Source of the DNA: Acidobacteriota bacterium
GTDB taxonomy: Bacteria > Acidobacteriota > UBA4820 > DSQY01
NCBI GenBank assembly: GCA_049967655.1
Contig: JBMFSH010000034.1
Span: forward strand, 1-26,281
DNA length: 26,281 nt
Direction: 5' to 3'
In this document: piece after piece, positions 17,809-26,266 of the stretch
How positions within the stretch are numbered: the stretch's first letter is position 1
Layout of the letters: the number at the start of each line of letters is the position of its first letter
Made by a program: the position numbers and the translations under genes
Notes under the pieces: generated by a model
Seen by the model: the letters and a program-made list of their open reading frames with translations, nothing else
The model's database searches: none
What the model was told of the DNA's origin: nothing

Positions 17809-18369
17809 TCAGCCTCGTTCGCGATATTGACCGGACCTCGTATCCACGACGATCTTGTCTCCAACGTTGAGGTGAAAGGGAACGCTAACGACGGCTCCGG
17901 TGTCGCACTTGGCCGGTTTGCCCCCCGAAACGGTGTCCCCCTTGAATCCCGGATCGGTGTCCACGATGGTCAGCGTGACGAAATTGGGAAGCTCCACGCC
18001 GAGAGGCACGCCGTCGTGCAGGAGGACGCTGACCTCCGTGTTCTCAGTGAGGTAATTGACCGCGTCCCCGACCACGTCCTCCCCGATCGTGACCTGCTCA
18101 TAGGTCTGTTGGTCCATGAAGTAAAAGGTGGCCCCCTCGCGGTAGAGGAACTGCATCTTGGATTCCTGCGTTTCGGCCGTTTCTACCTTGTCCCCCGCCT
18201 TGTAGGTCTTCTCAATGACCTGCCCGGTGCGCAGATTTTTGACGCGGGCTCGCGCGAAGGCCGATCCCTTCCCGGGCTTGACGTGATCCACGTCCACCAC
18301 GACGTAAGCCACACCGTCGATGAGTAGCTTGACCCCCTTGCGAACCTGGTTGCTGACAATGAATCCCAT
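17809..18369 (-). CDS. efp: Translation elongation factor P
   Basis: HVKPGKGSAF (Lys-type loop), MQFLY, FMDQQTYEQ, VELPNFV, DPGFKGDT, KPA..DTG..V.VP, VDTRSGQY..R. SD GGAGG. Confidence 0.97.
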   Translation of the reverse strand: MGFIVSNQVRKGVKLLIDGVAYVVVDVDHVKPGKGSAFARARVKNLRTGQVIEKTYKAGDKVETAETQESKMQFLYREGATFYFMDQQTYEQVTIGEDVVGDAVNYLTENTEVSVLLHDGVPLGVELPNFVTLTIVDTDPGFKGDTVSGGKPAKCDTGAVVSVPFHLNVGDKIVVDTRSGQYRERG

Positions 18370-18391
18370 GCGACTTCCTCCAGTGTTGTTT

Positions 18392-18748
18392 CTACGCGAG
18401 AGCGGCGGTGAACTGGTGCAGGAGGCGCTGGACCTGGAACCTCACCCTCCCGGTGAGTTCGAAGGGTTCCGTCACCACGAGCAGAAAGACCCCCCCCGCC
18501 AAATCGTACAGCATAACGTTGTGGACCCTGGTCCGGATGCAGACCTCGGTCGGTTTGCCGAGCTGGCTCTCCTTCTGGAGGCGCTCCATGGTCCGGAGGA
18601 TTCCATTCATCTCCGCCCCCAGGACATCCATGGGAAAGCTGGCGTGGGGCGCATGGCTCTCCACCTCAATGCCGTCCTCACCCACCACGCTCACGGACCT
18701 CAACCCGGGAATGGTTTGCTCCAGGCGAGTAAAGAGCTGTTCAAACAT
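18392..18748 (-). CDS. Roadblock/LC7 domain protein, MglC-like
   Basis: 118 aa with the roadblock pattern IPGLRSVSVVGEDGIEVE...G...EV.I......L..L....FLLVV......GRVRF. Lies between the pil genes and efp. SD GGAGGAGGG. Confidence 0.82.
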   Translation of the reverse strand: MFEQLFTRLEQTIPGLRSVSVVGEDGIEVESHAPHASFPMDVLGAEMNGILRTMERLQKESQLGKPTEVCIRTRVHNVMLYDLAGGVFLLVVTEPFELTGRVRFQVQRLLHQFTAALA

Positions 18749-19931
18749 ATCCCTCCTCCCTGACCCGGCGCAACCAGTTCTCAAGAGCCAGCACGCGCTT
18801 ACGCCGGAGAGCCCTTTGTACGTCCTCCTGGTGAACCGGCGGGCTCTCCTCCGGCTGCGCGCCGGCTATCTGCTGCATCAACAAGCGGATCCTCCCTCGG
18901 ACCTCCTTGTTCTCTGGGTCCCTGATCAGGATGCGCTGGTAGACCTCTATGGCCTTCTCGGGAAAGCCCTGCGCCTCGTAGAGGGCAGCGAGGGTGACGG
19001 TGTTGAACCCGCCCTCCGCCTGTTCCGCGGGTTCCTCCACCACCTCTCCGCGTGCCCCGTCCTCCCGTCCGGGCGGCTCCGGCAACACTAGACCCGCCTC
19101 AAAGTGGGCCTCCTCTCCGGAAGCCTCGGCGGGGGCAGACTGCAGGACCTCCCGCTCAAAAGAGGCCGTGGCCACGTCCCAGTCGTCCTGCGTCCCTGAA
19201 TCCCCCTCCCAGAGCTGATCCTTCTGCTCGCCTTTCTCGGGAGGCACCTCCTGCTTCTCCTTCAGAGAAGGCGTTGCCGTGATCTCCGGCGCGTCCATCC
19301 CTTCGTTTCCAGGGACCAGCAGGGGGGCCGAAGAGTCTCCGCCGGCGGCGGCATGCGCCGCGGGTTCGACCGCGGAATTCTTTCCGCCTCCGTCCGCCCT
19401 TGCCGGTTCGCCTCCAGTCGTCGCCTCGCTTGTCCGAGGGGCCACATCGGCCTCTTCTCGGCCGGCCCCGGAGGAGGGGATCGCCTCCACCGCGGCGGGC
19501 TGCTCATGCACTTCGGCGCCCGCAGCCGGTTCGGGCTCGCTTGCGAGCTGGGCCAGCTTCTCGGCCACGTCGGGCCGTCCCGGATCGAAGAGCTCCACAA
19601 TCTGGTAGTGGCGTCGTGCCCTATCCCTATCCCCTTCCAGCAGATAGATGTCGGCCGCCAGGTGGTTTGCGGGCACATTGTCGGGAAGGGCCAGCAGGAC
19701 CCGCTCAACCATCTCCCGGGCCTGCGCCACCTCGTTCTTCGCCAGATAGGCCTGGGCCAGGAGGATCCTCGCGGGCCAGCGCGTAGGATGGATGGCCAGG
19801 CCCTTCTCGCATAGGGCCTGCGCCTCGTCGATACGGCCCACCTTCTGATACTCCCTGGCCAGCTCGAAGAATAGCCGGATCTTGGGATCCCGGCTGACCT
19901 CTTTTTCCAAATCAGCCAGGGACATGGGCAT
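18741..19931 (-). CDS. TPR protein: N-terminal TPRs, long acidic low-complexity linker, C-terminal TPR
   Basis: FFELAREYQKVGRIDEA..LCEKGL..HP....ARILLAQAYL; Glu/Ala/Pro linker; TVTLAALYEAQGFPEKAIEVYQRILIRDP; C-terminal LENWLRRV. TGATG coupling to the upstream gene. Confidence 0.85.
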   Translation of the reverse strand: MPMSLADLEKEVSRDPKIRLFFELAREYQKVGRIDEAQALCEKGLAIHPTRWPARILLAQAYLAKNEVAQAREMVERVLLALPDNVPANHLAADIYLLEGDRDRARRHYQIVELFDPGRPDVAEKLAQLASEPEPAAGAEVHEQPAAVEAIPSSGAGREEADVAPRTSEATTGGEPARADGGGKNSAVEPAAHAAAGGDSSAPLLVPGNEGMDAPEITATPSLKEKQEVPPEKGEQKDQLWEGDSGTQDDWDVATASFEREVLQSAPAEASGEEAHFEAGLVLPEPPGREDGARGEVVEEPAEQAEGGFNTVTLAALYEAQGFPEKAIEVYQRILIRDPENKEVRGRIRLLMQQIAGAQPEESPPVHQEDVQRALRRKRVLALENWLRRVREEGYV

Positions 19932-20461
19932 CAGTAGTTTCCGATATTAAAGATATATCGCGCCTTCATGGTCTGCGGATAGCCGTCCTTGTTGCGATGC
20001 GCCCTGAAGACCACCTGCGCCTTGATGGTGGCCGTATCGGAGGTTCCCAGAAAACCCATGGCGTTTTCTCGGAGGTAGGTATCGGTGACCAGCGTGACCG
20101 GCACACGGCTGTTGACCCCTGGGGTGACCTGGATCTTGAGCTGCTTGGTATCGGGATCGGGCAATGCAATGAGGTGGTGCCCCGGATCGCTCAGCAGGTC
20201 ATACGAAATCTCGTAGCTGTCGATAGTCCAGCTATCCGAGGGGATCATCGAGAGGCTCTGGTCGGTCAACTGGATGCGGAAGATGAAATAGGCCAGGTGC
20301 GAGGTGGGCGGATTAACGGAAACATTGGTCGTCGGCGGACTAGCCCCCTGCAGGATGAGCTCGGCTTGGGGTTCCAAATGCTTATTGTGGCCACACCCTA
20401 TCAGTGTGGCCAGAATAAGCGGACAGAAAAGCCCGATCCAGAACACTCTTTTTTTTTTCAT
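19931..20461 (-). CDS. Hypothetical lipoprotein directly downstream of pilQ
   Basis: MKKKR n-region, hydrophobic h-region, lipobox LIGC (Cys23), beta-rich mature part. SD AGGAG overlaps the pilQ stop. Confidence 0.75.
   Translation of the reverse strand: MKKKRVFWIGLFCPLILATLIGCGHNKHLEPQAELILQGASPPTTNVSVNPPTSHLAYFIFRIQLTDQSLSMIPSDSWTIDSYEISYDLLSDPGHHLIALPDPDTKQLKIQVTPGVNSRVPVTLVTDTYLRENAMGFLGTSDTATIKAQVVFRAHRNKDGYPQTMKARYIFNIGNY
20449..20458 (-). repeat. A10 homopolymer immediately after the lipoprotein start codon
   Basis: Ten consecutive T on + (ATG AAA AAA AAA AGA on -). Confidence 0.9.
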
Positions 20462-20468
20462 CCGGCTC

Positions 20469-23054
20469 CTACCTGACGATCTTTGGAGTGAGGAAGATAA
20501 GGAGTTCGTCGTTGGTGCGGGTCTTCGTCCGGTTCTTGAAGAGCCAACCCAGGACCGGAATCCTCGAAAGGAAGGGAAGTCCGCTCTGCGAGATGCCTTC
20601 GTTGGTTACGAAAATGCCGCCGATGACCGCTGTGTGGCCATCCTGCACTTTGAGTGTGGTCTTCGCCTCCTTCTTGAGGATCGGCGGCGGCTGACCAGGC
20701 GTCTGATTGGCGAAATCGACCGAATCGTTGGTGATGTCCACGGCCATATTCACATTCCCATCAGCGCTGATCTGAGGCGTCACGTCCAGCTTCAAGGTCG
20801 CATTCACAAACACCACCGACATGGCGGTCGTGGTCGCTATCTCGATCGGGATCTGCCGCCCCGATTCGATGGTGGCCTTCTCGTTATCCTGGGTCATGAT
20901 TCTCGGTGTGGACAGAATCCGACCCTGGCCAGCATTTTCCATCGCGGCGAGCCGCACGTCAAGAAAGAAAGAACCACTCGTATTGCCCAGCACCATATCG
21001 ATGAAGCCATTGGAAGAGGAGGGGGGAAGGGTGACCGCGAAATCTCCCGTGCCGGTGTATTGGCTGTTTCCGAGGTGCACCGGGGTGGCCGTGTTCGACC
21101 CCGTTGGCGTGGATCCCTGGTTCGTCGTGACGTATTGCCCATTCCCATTCCGACTCGTGTACCAGTTGCCGCTCCAGGTGATGCCGAAGGATTGGGACCA
21201 ATTGATACTCGTCTCCACGATCCTCGCCTCGATGAGCACTTGCGGCGTGGCCGTATCCAGCGAGTCGATGAGCTTGATCAGGCTGTCTTTGCGGGAGGGC
21301 ACCTCGCGGATGATCATGGTGTTCGTCCGCGGATCCACGATGATGCTGCCCCTCTCGCTCAGGAACTTGCTCACGATGGCCTCCATATTGGCGGCCTTGG
21401 CGTAGGAGAGCCGCTTGGTGAAGGTCACGGGATCCTCGGCGAGAAGCTTCTCCTTCTGAATCCGCTGCTGCTCGGCGAACTTCCGGGCAATCTCGGAGGC
21501 GGGCGCCACCCAGATGACGTTGTTCTCGTAAATGTAGTCCAGTCCGTCGTTCTTGAGGATGATGTCCATGGCCTGGTCCCAAGGAACGTTGGTCAGGTCC
21601 ACGGTCACCTTCCCCTGGACCGCGGGACTCACCACGATGTTCATCTTGGAAAGGTCATGGAAGACCCTCAGCACGTCCTTGATGTCGGCGTCCTTCAGGC
21701 TGAGCGAAATGGGTTCGCCCGTGTACTTCACGCCGCCCGAAGAGATGGTCTTCTCCTGAAAGCTCAGGGGGACTCCTCCGGCCACAAGGGTCTTGCCCTC
21801 GGCGGCTTTCTCCGTGGTGTCCTGGGCCAGGAAGAGATCTTGATAGCCCTTGTACTCCTTGCTGGCGTTGGGTGAAATGGGAGAAAGGTCTACCTTGACC
21901 TTGTCCAGGCTTTCGGGGGAGACCCGCTCTACCGCGTCTTTGGGCACGGTGTTCACGGGAGCGGCCAGCGACTTCTTGGCGGAGGAGCTGGGCGAAGAAT
22001 GGATGGCCCCGGGTGCGGAGCCCCCGGCCGACGCCTGCGGAACGGCCTCCCGCGAAGCGGGAGCAGGCGGCTGGACGGAGGGCGAACTCGTTGCCGGAGA
22101 GCCCAATTGGGGCGGGGCCTCCTTGGATGCCATCTCCTTGTCCTTGGGCTGGTTCTGCCCAAGGCGCACCACCACGACCTGCTGTCCCTCGCCCGATATG
22201 TCCCACGGGTCCACGAACCGCTTCAGGTCGAGAACCACCCGCGTCACCGGGGGTTGGGCCGTCAGGAGTCCTACCCTCACGCGCTCGATGACGCCCGCGC
22301 CGGAGATCTGACGGGGCACGCTTCCATGCGTCACCCCCAGCATGTCCACCACGATACGGGCCGGGTCCTTCATGCTGAAGTACTTGTACCGCGTGGCGCC
22401 GTCCGTCTGGATGTCCACGCTCCCACCGTCCTCGGACACGGAGACGCCCAGCAGCTTGCTGGCATCGGGCAGAGAAGTTTCCGGCTTCGAAGCTTGAGCA
22501 GCAGGGGCTGAGGGTTTCGCAGGCTCGGGCCCGGTCCCGGCCGCCGCAGGCGACTGCTGAATGGCCTTCGGTGCGGGACTGACGGCGGGAGCGGGAGAGG
22601 AGGCGGAGGTCTGCGCGGGTACCTGAGAGGGTTCGGGCGCCTGAGCATCGTTCACCACTCTGACCAGGAGCTGGTTTCCTTCCGTAGAGACGATGCACTT
22701 GGCCAAATAGGCCTTGTGAATTTCGAGCTTGGCGAGGGCCCGGCCTCGACCCCTGCTGATAGCCTCCACCTTCGCGCTCTCCACGCCGTCCGCGTTCACC
22801 TGGAGGACCTTGGGGAGCTGGGACACGTCCACATCGGCCATGTCCACAACAAAGGTTTCGGGATCGTAGTCGTAGTAGGTGTAGTCAATGATCGGGTAGC
22901 TCCCCGTCACACCCACTACCACAGCCCCGCCCTGCTTTTTGCTGAAGAAGTCGTGAAGCACGTTGAGCGAGGCGGGGGAAGTCTCGACCGCCAGGACGGT
23001 CCACCCGGCCAGGAAGCCGAGAACCGTCATCCAAAGGGCAACTCGCTTACTCAT
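20469..23054 (-). CDS. pilQ: Type IVa pilus secretin PilQ with two AMIN-like domains
   Basis: Signal peptide, AMIN-like DPETFVVDM and DPARIVVDM..RVVLDL, YTGEPISLSLKDADIKDVLR, VPWDQA, LSYAKA, DPRTNTMII, TPQVLIEARIVE, GHTAVIGGI, PFLSRIPVLGWLFK, ELLIFLTPKIV. Confidence 0.96.
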   Translation of the reverse strand: MSKRVALWMTVLGFLAGWTVLAVETSPASLNVLHDFFSKKQGGAVVVGVTGSYPIIDYTYYDYDPETFVVDMADVDVSQLPKVLQVNADGVESAKVEAISRGRGRALAKLEIHKAYLAKCIVSTEGNQLLVRVVNDAQAPEPSQVPAQTSASSPAPAVSPAPKAIQQSPAAAGTGPEPAKPSAPAAQASKPETSLPDASKLLGVSVSEDGGSVDIQTDGATRYKYFSMKDPARIVVDMLGVTHGSVPRQISGAGVIERVRVGLLTAQPPVTRVVLDLKRFVDPWDISGEGQQVVVVRLGQNQPKDKEMASKEAPPQLGSPATSSPSVQPPAPASREAVPQASAGGSAPGAIHSSPSSSAKKSLAAPVNTVPKDAVERVSPESLDKVKVDLSPISPNASKEYKGYQDLFLAQDTTEKAAEGKTLVAGGVPLSFQEKTISSGGVKYTGEPISLSLKDADIKDVLRVFHDLSKMNIVVSPAVQGKVTVDLTNVPWDQAMDIILKNDGLDYIYENNVIWVAPASEIARKFAEQQRIQKEKLLAEDPVTFTKRLSYAKAANMEAIVSKFLSERGSIIVDPRTNTMIIREVPSRKDSLIKLIDSLDTATPQVLIEARIVETSINWSQSFGITWSGNWYTSRNGNGQYVTTNQGSTPTGSNTATPVHLGNSQYTGTGDFAVTLPPSSSNGFIDMVLGNTSGSFFLDVRLAAMENAGQGRILSTPRIMTQDNEKATIESGRQIPIEIATTTAMSVVFVNATLKLDVTPQISADGNVNMAVDITNDSVDFANQTPGQPPPILKKEAKTTLKVQDGHTAVIGGIFVTNEGISQSGLPFLSRIPVLGWLFKNRTKTRTNDELLIFLTPKIVR

Positions 23055-23611
23055 TGTCCCTCCCCTTCTTGGCTCCGGATCTTGAGGACCAGGTTACGGA
23101 AAGGCTTGATGGCGGTCGGATCGTTGAGTTCCTGCTGAATGGTGATCTCACCCGACGCATAGGAGATATCCAGCACGACGCCGTCCGCAAAATGTTCGCC
23201 GACGGTGGCCTTGTAAGGCTTGCCGTCGGGACCCTGGAACCAGGCCACCGTACCCTGGGGGGTCTTGATGATCGCTTCCAGGTTGCAGGCCTCGACGGTG
23301 AAGCGAGCCAGCCCCGTCTGCCCCGGCCTCACCTTCACATCCGATCCCTGGGCTCCCGTGCCTCTCACCAGGGGGGTGAAGGGATCGCGGTCGTTCATGT
23401 GCCGGTACAGGCTCTCTCCTCCAAGGAGATAGTTGTCGGCTATCCCCTGCTCCGAGGGGGCCTTCGGGGCTCCGGCGGGGCTGGAAGCCTGGGCCGGGGC
23501 AACCGTGGCGTGCACCTTGTTGAGGGTCTTCACCACGTCCTGTGCACCCAGCTCGGTGAATGCGCCCGCAGCCAGCAGCGCGCACCCGGCCAGCATCAGC
23601 AGCCGTCTCAT
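23051..23611 (-). CDS. pilP: PilP-like pilus alignment protein
   Basis: Lies between pilO and pilQ. RDPF.PL motif and C-terminal beta domain (L.AII......AWFQGPDGKPY....G....DG.V..I). Confidence 0.75.
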   Translation of the reverse strand: MRRLLMLAGCALLAAGAFTELGAQDVVKTLNKVHATVAPAQASSPAGAPKAPSEQGIADNYLLGGESLYRHMNDRDPFTPLVRGTGAQGSDVKVRPGQTGLARFTVEACNLEAIIKTPQGTVAWFQGPDGKPYKATVGEHFADGVVLDISYASGEITIQQELNDPTAIKPFRNLVLKIRSQEGEGQ

Positions 23612-24186
23612 GGCTTTTTCTCCAACGCGCTAAATGCCTCTGGATTCTGCATATATACTAGGGAATTAAACTGAGCGGAAATGGTCTCCCCCGGCTTGGA
23701 GGAGGCGGACATGGACAGATTGGTAATGTTCACGATCCGTCTCATGTGGGCGATCTTGTCGAAGAACATGGCCAGGTCGTGGTACCCGCCGCCCACCTGC
23801 ATCCCGTACGCCTGCTCGGAGTAGAGATCCTTCTTCTGAATGGGCTGAGGGCTGATCCGGTAGATATCCAGGTTCTGCTCCCTGGCGAAGGTCTGGAAGA
23901 CGCGAAGGAGTTGGCCCGTCTCGGGGTCCGTCGGGATGATGGACTTGAGGACCTCCAGGTCCCTTCGGATTAGGTCGATCTGCCGGTTCAGTTCGTCCAC
24001 CCGCTTCTGCGCCTCGCGCCCCTGTCGAATCTTCGCATCCAGCTCATCGACCTGGCGGAGGCGGCTCTGCATGGTGTCTCGCTGCCCCGACAGGAATCCG
24101 TACCACGCGGCGCCGAATATCAACGCGCAGACCAGGAGGACCACCACAAACTGACCCCACTTGGGCAACCTGGTAAATTGATCCAT
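23608..24186 (-). CDS. pilO: Type IVa pilus protein PilO
   Basis: N-terminal TM, coiled coil, IIP..PE...LL, GGYHDLAMFFDKIAHMRRIVNI. Confidence 0.93.
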   Translation of the reverse strand: MDQFTRLPKWGQFVVVLLVCALIFGAAWYGFLSGQRDTMQSRLRQVDELDAKIRQGREAQKRVDELNRQIDLIRRDLEVLKSIIPTDPETGQLLRVFQTFAREQNLDIYRISPQPIQKKDLYSEQAYGMQVGGGYHDLAMFFDKIAHMRRIVNITNLSMSASSKPGETISAQFNSLVYMQNPEAFSALEKKP

Positions 24187-24195
24187 GGCCCCCTC

Positions 24196-24870
24196 CTACT
24201 CCATTCCAGACGCTGAGGACTTGGCGGGTCTTCTTTGCGGTGGGGGAGGCGGCGCGGCGGCCGGTTCAGCCGGCTTTGGCGCCGCGGCCGCGTAGGCGCA
24301 GGAAATGTGGAAGCTGTAGACGTCTTCGCTGCTACTTCCCACCTGGGCCACGTCTCCAAGCTGAACGCCGGTGAAGTCCGCGGCGGCCACGAGATTGTCG
24401 TAGAGCATGGAAATAGTCTTGATTCCCTTGGCGCGCCCGTCGATAGAAATCTGGCCGCTCGGCCCCTGCGCGACCGACACGTACCAGGCACCGTCCGGGA
24501 GGACCTCGACGAGCTTGTTCATGAGCTTGACGGGGACGCTCTGCTGGTCCTTCAGCTGCTTGATCTGGTCCACCTTGGCGGTATATTCCTGCTTCTTCTT
24601 CTCCAGCTCCGCCACCTTCTCCCGGGCGCCCTCGTACTTCTTCAGCTCCGCCTGTTGCTGGCTGATCTGAAGCGCAAGGCTTCGATTCTTGGTGACTAGC
24701 CATGCCCCATACCCCAGAGTGACCACCACGGCGAGAAGAACAAGGGTCACCCAGATACCCCAGGGAGGCCCGCCCTCCGCCGGGACGGCGGGGCTGGTTA
24801 CCACTCTCGGCCCGCCTCCCGCTGCCCGTTTGCCGCCCCGCCCTTCCCTGAGCAGATTGATCCGGATCAT
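24196..24870 (-). CDS. pilN: Type IVa pilus protein PilN
   Basis: MIRINLL PilM-binding motif, TM helix, coiled coil, LPDGAW, Pro-rich tail. Confidence 0.93.
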   Translation of the reverse strand: MIRINLLREGRGGKRAAGGGPRVVTSPAVPAEGGPPWGIWVTLVLLAVVVTLGYGAWLVTKNRSLALQISQQQAELKKYEGAREKVAELEKKKQEYTAKVDQIKQLKDQQSVPVKLMNKLVEVLPDGAWYVSVAQGPSGQISIDGRAKGIKTISMLYDNLVAAADFTGVQLGDVAQVGSSSEDVYSFHISCAYAAAAPKPAEPAAAPPPPPQRRPAKSSASGME

Positions 24871-25929
24871 CTAGTCCCCCATCTTGCGTAAGGCGAGTCC
24901 CACAGCTACGGCAAAATGCGGGGCCAGCCGATTGATGGTATCTAGAGGAAGATTCCGCTCATCCACCGTGACGTTCTGGAAGGGGTTCATGACCTCCACG
25001 GGCACACCAAAGAACTGGCTGATGTACCGGTCGAGATTGGCCACCTGGCTGCCCCCGCCCGACAGCACGATCTTGTGGATGGCGTTCTCGTTCGTGGTCA
25101 CCCGGAAGAAGTCCAGCGTCTTCTTGAGTTCCGCTCCGAACTCCTCGGTCACGGCGTTCAGGATGGGGGCCGCCTGCTCCTGCCGCACCCCGTCCACCGC
25201 CGCTCCCCGCTTGATGGACTCGGCCTGCTCATACGTGAGGTTCATCTCGCGCTGGAGGGAGTCGGTGTAGTTGTTTCCAGCGGCTTGGATATCACGCCAG
25301 AAGAGGGGGCTACCCCCCTTCAGGACGCAAATGTTCGTGGTGCCTGCACCGATGTTGACCAGCGCGGTGACCTCCCCCGAGGAGATGGGATAGTTGATTT
25401 CGTAAGCATTCTGAGCACAGAAAACGTCCAGATCCATGGCCGCGACGTTAAGACCCGCTTGCCCCAGCAAGGAGGCATACTCGGTCAGCAGGTCCCGCTT
25501 CACCGCCACGAGAAGCACCGTGATGTTTCCTCCAGCACCCTCGCTTTCGAGGATCTGGTGGTCGATTTTTACCTCTTCGATGTCGAAGGGGATGTACTGC
25601 CCGGCCTCCCACTGAATGGCTTCAGCCAGCTCGGCCTCGCTCATCGGCATCATGGAGATCCGCTTGATGATAACGGAGTTACCGTCCACGGCCGTGGCCA
25701 CGTTGGTATTCTTGATGTTGTTCTCTCGGATCAGCTTCGTGATGGCGTCGATCACCGCCCCCGTGTCCATGATGGTGCCGCCCACGATGGCCTCAGCCGG
25801 GAGGGGCTCAATTCCGAAGGAGAGGAGCTGGTACCCTTTGCCTTTGCCCAGATCTTTGAGCTCGACCATCTTTACGGAAGAGGAGCCAATATCCAGGCCC
25901 AATAGGTTTTTGCTCTTTCCGAAGAACAC
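24871..25929 (-). CDS. pilM: Type IVa pilus actin-like protein PilM
   Basis: LGLDIGSSSVKMVEL, VIIKRI, AIQWEAGQYIPFDIEEV, VLLVAVK, ALVNIGA, IVLSGGGS, VAVGLALR. GTG start. Confidence 0.97.
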   Translation of the reverse strand: MFFGKSKNLLGLDIGSSSVKMVELKDLGKGKGYQLLSFGIEPLPAEAIVGGTIMDTGAVIDAITKLIRENNIKNTNVATAVDGNSVIIKRISMMPMSEAELAEAIQWEAGQYIPFDIEEVKIDHQILESEGAGGNITVLLVAVKRDLLTEYASLLGQAGLNVAAMDLDVFCAQNAYEINYPISSGEVTALVNIGAGTTNICVLKGGSPLFWRDIQAAGNNYTDSLQREMNLTYEQAESIKRGAAVDGVRQEQAAPILNAVTEEFGAELKKTLDFFRVTTNENAIHKIVLSGGGSQVANLDRYISQFFGVPVEVMNPFQNVTVDERNLPLDTINRLAPHFAVAVGLALRKMGD

Positions 25930-25984
25930 CTTCGATTCCCCTTCTCAAAGCGTCTTAACGGCCCCAAACTTAATGCTCCACTTT

Positions 25985-26013
25985 AACATATCGAATGCGA
26001 AGCCGAAAGTCAA
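25985..26013 (-). promoter_or_regulatory. Proximal sigma70-like promoter of the pilM operon
   Basis: TTGACT-17 nt-TATGTT on the minus strand. Confidence 0.7.
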
Positions 26014-26061
26014 GTGCAAAAACGGGGGTGCCCCTGCCCCTTTCTCCCCAAACACGGTGCC

Positions 26062-26090
26062 ATTGTAATAGCAGGGCGATACCGATGCAA
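26062..26090 (-). promoter_or_regulatory. Distal sigma70-like promoter of the pilM operon
   Basis: TTGCAT-17 nt-TACAAT on the minus strand. Confidence 0.65.
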
Positions 26091-26266
26091 ATACCCGGCG
26101 GCCTGAATGCGCGGACCGGGGGGCAGCTCCCTACGCCCCCATCCTCGCCGAGTGCCCCACGCACTACCCAATGGAGGCGGCATACGCTCTGTCGGGCGGT
26201 GACCTCGCCAAGATCCGACTGACCCCGAAGCCCGAATACGGAGTTCCCACGGGAGTCGGCTCCGCT

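Noticed and set aside
20304..21875. 523-aa + strand ORF opposite pilQ
   Set aside because: Antisense shadow of the secretin gene with no independent evidence.
25930..26266. c-di-GMP (GEMM) riboswitch or tRNA upstream of pilM
   Set aside because: No GCAAA/GNRA-receptor GEMM pattern and no cloverleaf or T-loop seen by eye. An Rfam scan would be decisive.
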